Assembly (NCBI GenBank): GCA_964486045.1
Contig: CAZALK010000003.1
Span: 64,001 to 128,000, forward strand
DNA from: an uncultured archaeon
Lineage (GTDB): Archaea; Asgardarchaeota; Lokiarchaeia; Sigyniarchaeales; SOKP01
Reading direction: 5' to 3'
Length of the DNA: 64,000 nt
The notes under the pieces: model-generated
Database searches by the model: none
What the model was told of the DNA's origin: nothing
The model's input: the letters and a program-made list of their open reading frames with translations, nothing else
Part shown: one piece after another, positions 62,525 to 64,000 of the stretch
Position numbering within the stretch: the first letter of the stretch is position 1
Layout of the letters: every line of letters starts with the position of its first letter
Translations under genes and position numbers: made by a program

Positions 62525-63457
62525 CTATTGTCCTGAAATTGAATCAACATTTTTAAAAATACTCTTAAGTTTTGCTAAATCATTCTCAGGAAGTGATGGT
62601 TTTAAAATAGACTCAAGATTAGCTTTCATATGATCAAGATTTCCTGTACCAGATAAAATAACATGGGTTCCAGGTTCGTAACGACAGAACCTATACGCTG
62701 CATCAACTAAATTTACCGCTCCTCCTTCTTTTATAAGAAATCCGAGGGGATCAGATCTGTCAATCTCATTGGGATTTAATTGCTTTTTTTCAATTAATTC
62801 ATCGATGCACTCTTTAAGTCTTTTTGGTCTGCTAAGAGCAAGTCGGACAGCAAACATTATCAAAATACCGATATTTTTTTCAATAGTTTTTGCTAGAATA
62901 TGATTTCGAGCAGATTGGTTCAAAATATTAAAACCTACCATCATTACGTCCCATATATCGTCTTGTAACGCTCTTTCTAGCATAGAATGGTTGGGATCGG
63001 GGTTGAAACGTTCAGTAATCCCTATATAACGAATTTTACCTTCGTCTCGTAGATCAAGAAGTGTTGGTACAATTTCTGAATAAAGATAATCATAGTCTTG
63101 TAAAATTACCCCATGAAGATGATAAATATCAATATAGTCAGTACTAAGGTTATTAAGGCTTCTCTCAAGGCTTTTTAATACATCTTTTGGTTTAATTGTG
63201 CCCCAAGTTGATTTTTTAGTTGATATTATTAAGTTTTCGCGATCAAATCCTTTGATTGCTTGACCAACAATATTTTCAGTTCTATAGACTTCTGCGGTAT
63301 CAATGAAATTTATTCCAGATTTTAAAGCATGCTTAACTATCGCAATAGATTGTTCTTCAGTATTTCCTGTGGTTTGACCGATGCGACTAGGACCTCCGCA
63401 ACCTATCCCCATCACACTTACATGTAAACCTGTCCTACCAAGTGTAGTATATTCCAT
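62525..63457 (-). CDS. Aldo/keto reductase
   Basis: LGRTGL.VS.MG.G, GINFIDTAEVY, SL..L.TDYIDIY.LH. Confidence 0.95.
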   Translation of the reverse strand: MEYTTLGRTGLHVSVMGIGCGGPSRIGQTTGNTEEQSIAIVKHALKSGINFIDTAEVYRTENIVGQAIKGFDRENLIISTKKSTWGTIKPKDVLKSLERSLNNLSTDYIDIYHLHGVILQDYDYLYSEIVPTLLDLRDEGKIRYIGITERFNPDPNHSMLERALQDDIWDVMMVGFNILNQSARNHILAKTIEKNIGILIMFAVRLALSRPKRLKECIDELIEKKQLNPNEIDRSDPLGFLIKEGGAVNLVDAAYRFCRYEPGTHVILSGTGNLDHMKANLESILKPSLPENDLAKLKSIFKNVDSISGQ

Positions 63458-63588
63458 ATTATCTGTTGCAAATTTCTTTTTATTTATGGAAATTGAAGCA
63501 TCTATTTTATAGTTTAACGTTAAAGTAAATTAATTAACTATACTTAATTTTAGTTTTTAATGAATAATCACATATTAAAATGATTTAA

Positions 63589-64000
63589 ATGGAAGGACAA
63601 GTACAATTTGAAGATTTAAATTTAGAATATGGTTACACATGTATGCCCGATAGATTACATTACTTTTCTAAAGAAGAAAACGATTTTCGGATGGAAGTTC
63701 GCAAATGGTGTAAAGATAACATTGAACCTGTTGCCACTAAGATAGATCGAGAGCGGAATAAAGATTTAGCTGTAGATACGGTTAGAAAAATGAAGCCTTA
63801 TTTAAATATTTTAATTCCCGAAGAACTAGGAGGTTTGGGTAAGGGAGTTCTATACCGTGCAATATTTGGTGAAGAATTAACTGCTTTTAATTATGCTATA
63901 GCAACAATTTTTGGTGCATCCTCATGCTTATTTGCGGCACCTATTATTGAATATGGAACACCTGAACAAAAGGAGAAGTATTTATCAGGGATTGCTGATG
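63589..64000 (+). CDS. Acyl-CoA dehydrogenase (partial, runs off the right edge)
   Basis: Hand translation: FRMEVRKWC...IPEELGGLG...EEL...IIEYGTPEQKEKYL. Confidence 0.9.
   Translation, partial: MEGQVQFEDLNLEYGYTCMPDRLHYFSKEENDFRMEVRKWCKDNIEPVATKIDRERNKDLAVDTVRKMKPYLNILIPEELGGLGKGVLYRAIFGEELTAFNYAIATIFGASSCLFAAPIIEYGTPEQKEKYLSGIAD

Noticed and set aside
1-64000. tRNA, rRNA, transposase or reverse-transcriptase/DGR genes
   Set aside because: No cloverleaf or GC-rich structural RNA, and no DDE or RT motifs found by inspection

Overview
AT-rich archaeal chromosomal window whose gene content points to an Asgard archaeon of the Lokiarchaeia type (inference). Markers are an IPGY-TM-basic C-terminal sorting signal, an LRR protein with the typical Loki N-terminal domain, two Roadblock proteins, a vWA+RING protein, an AN1 finger and a PCI-like domain. 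No rRNA, tRNA, CRISPR array, transposase or integrase was recognised. Left part: an ~11.5 kb accessory segment (about 2.2-13.75 kb) lies between an intact M20 peptidase gene and a second, truncated, 85%-identical copy of its 5' end. It carries a membrane regulator cassette, an orphan peptide-binding protein, a 1323-aa orphan ORF with a decayed signal peptide, and an LRR gene. Middle: a large surface glycoprotein, a divergent Roadblock pair, tandem MBL hydrolases and a glycyl-radical enzyme. These are followed by a minus-strand run of two unannotated 24-25 aa ORFs with strong SD sites, a bactofilin-like gene, a coiled-coil/RHH/PCI-like protein, an M29 aminopeptidase and three MefA-like MFS exporters. 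Right: an acyl-CoA/flavoenzyme-rich region (4 NMO/FabK-like paralogs, thioesterases, enoyl-CoA hydratase, acyl-CoA dehydrogenase). It encloses a membrane-anchored 2004-aa alpha-2-macroglobulin with an intact GCIEQ thioester motif, directly downstream of a membrane-tethered wHTH regulator. Several genes appear to need ATT/ATA/ATC start codons. All family calls come from recognising motifs by eye, not from database searches.
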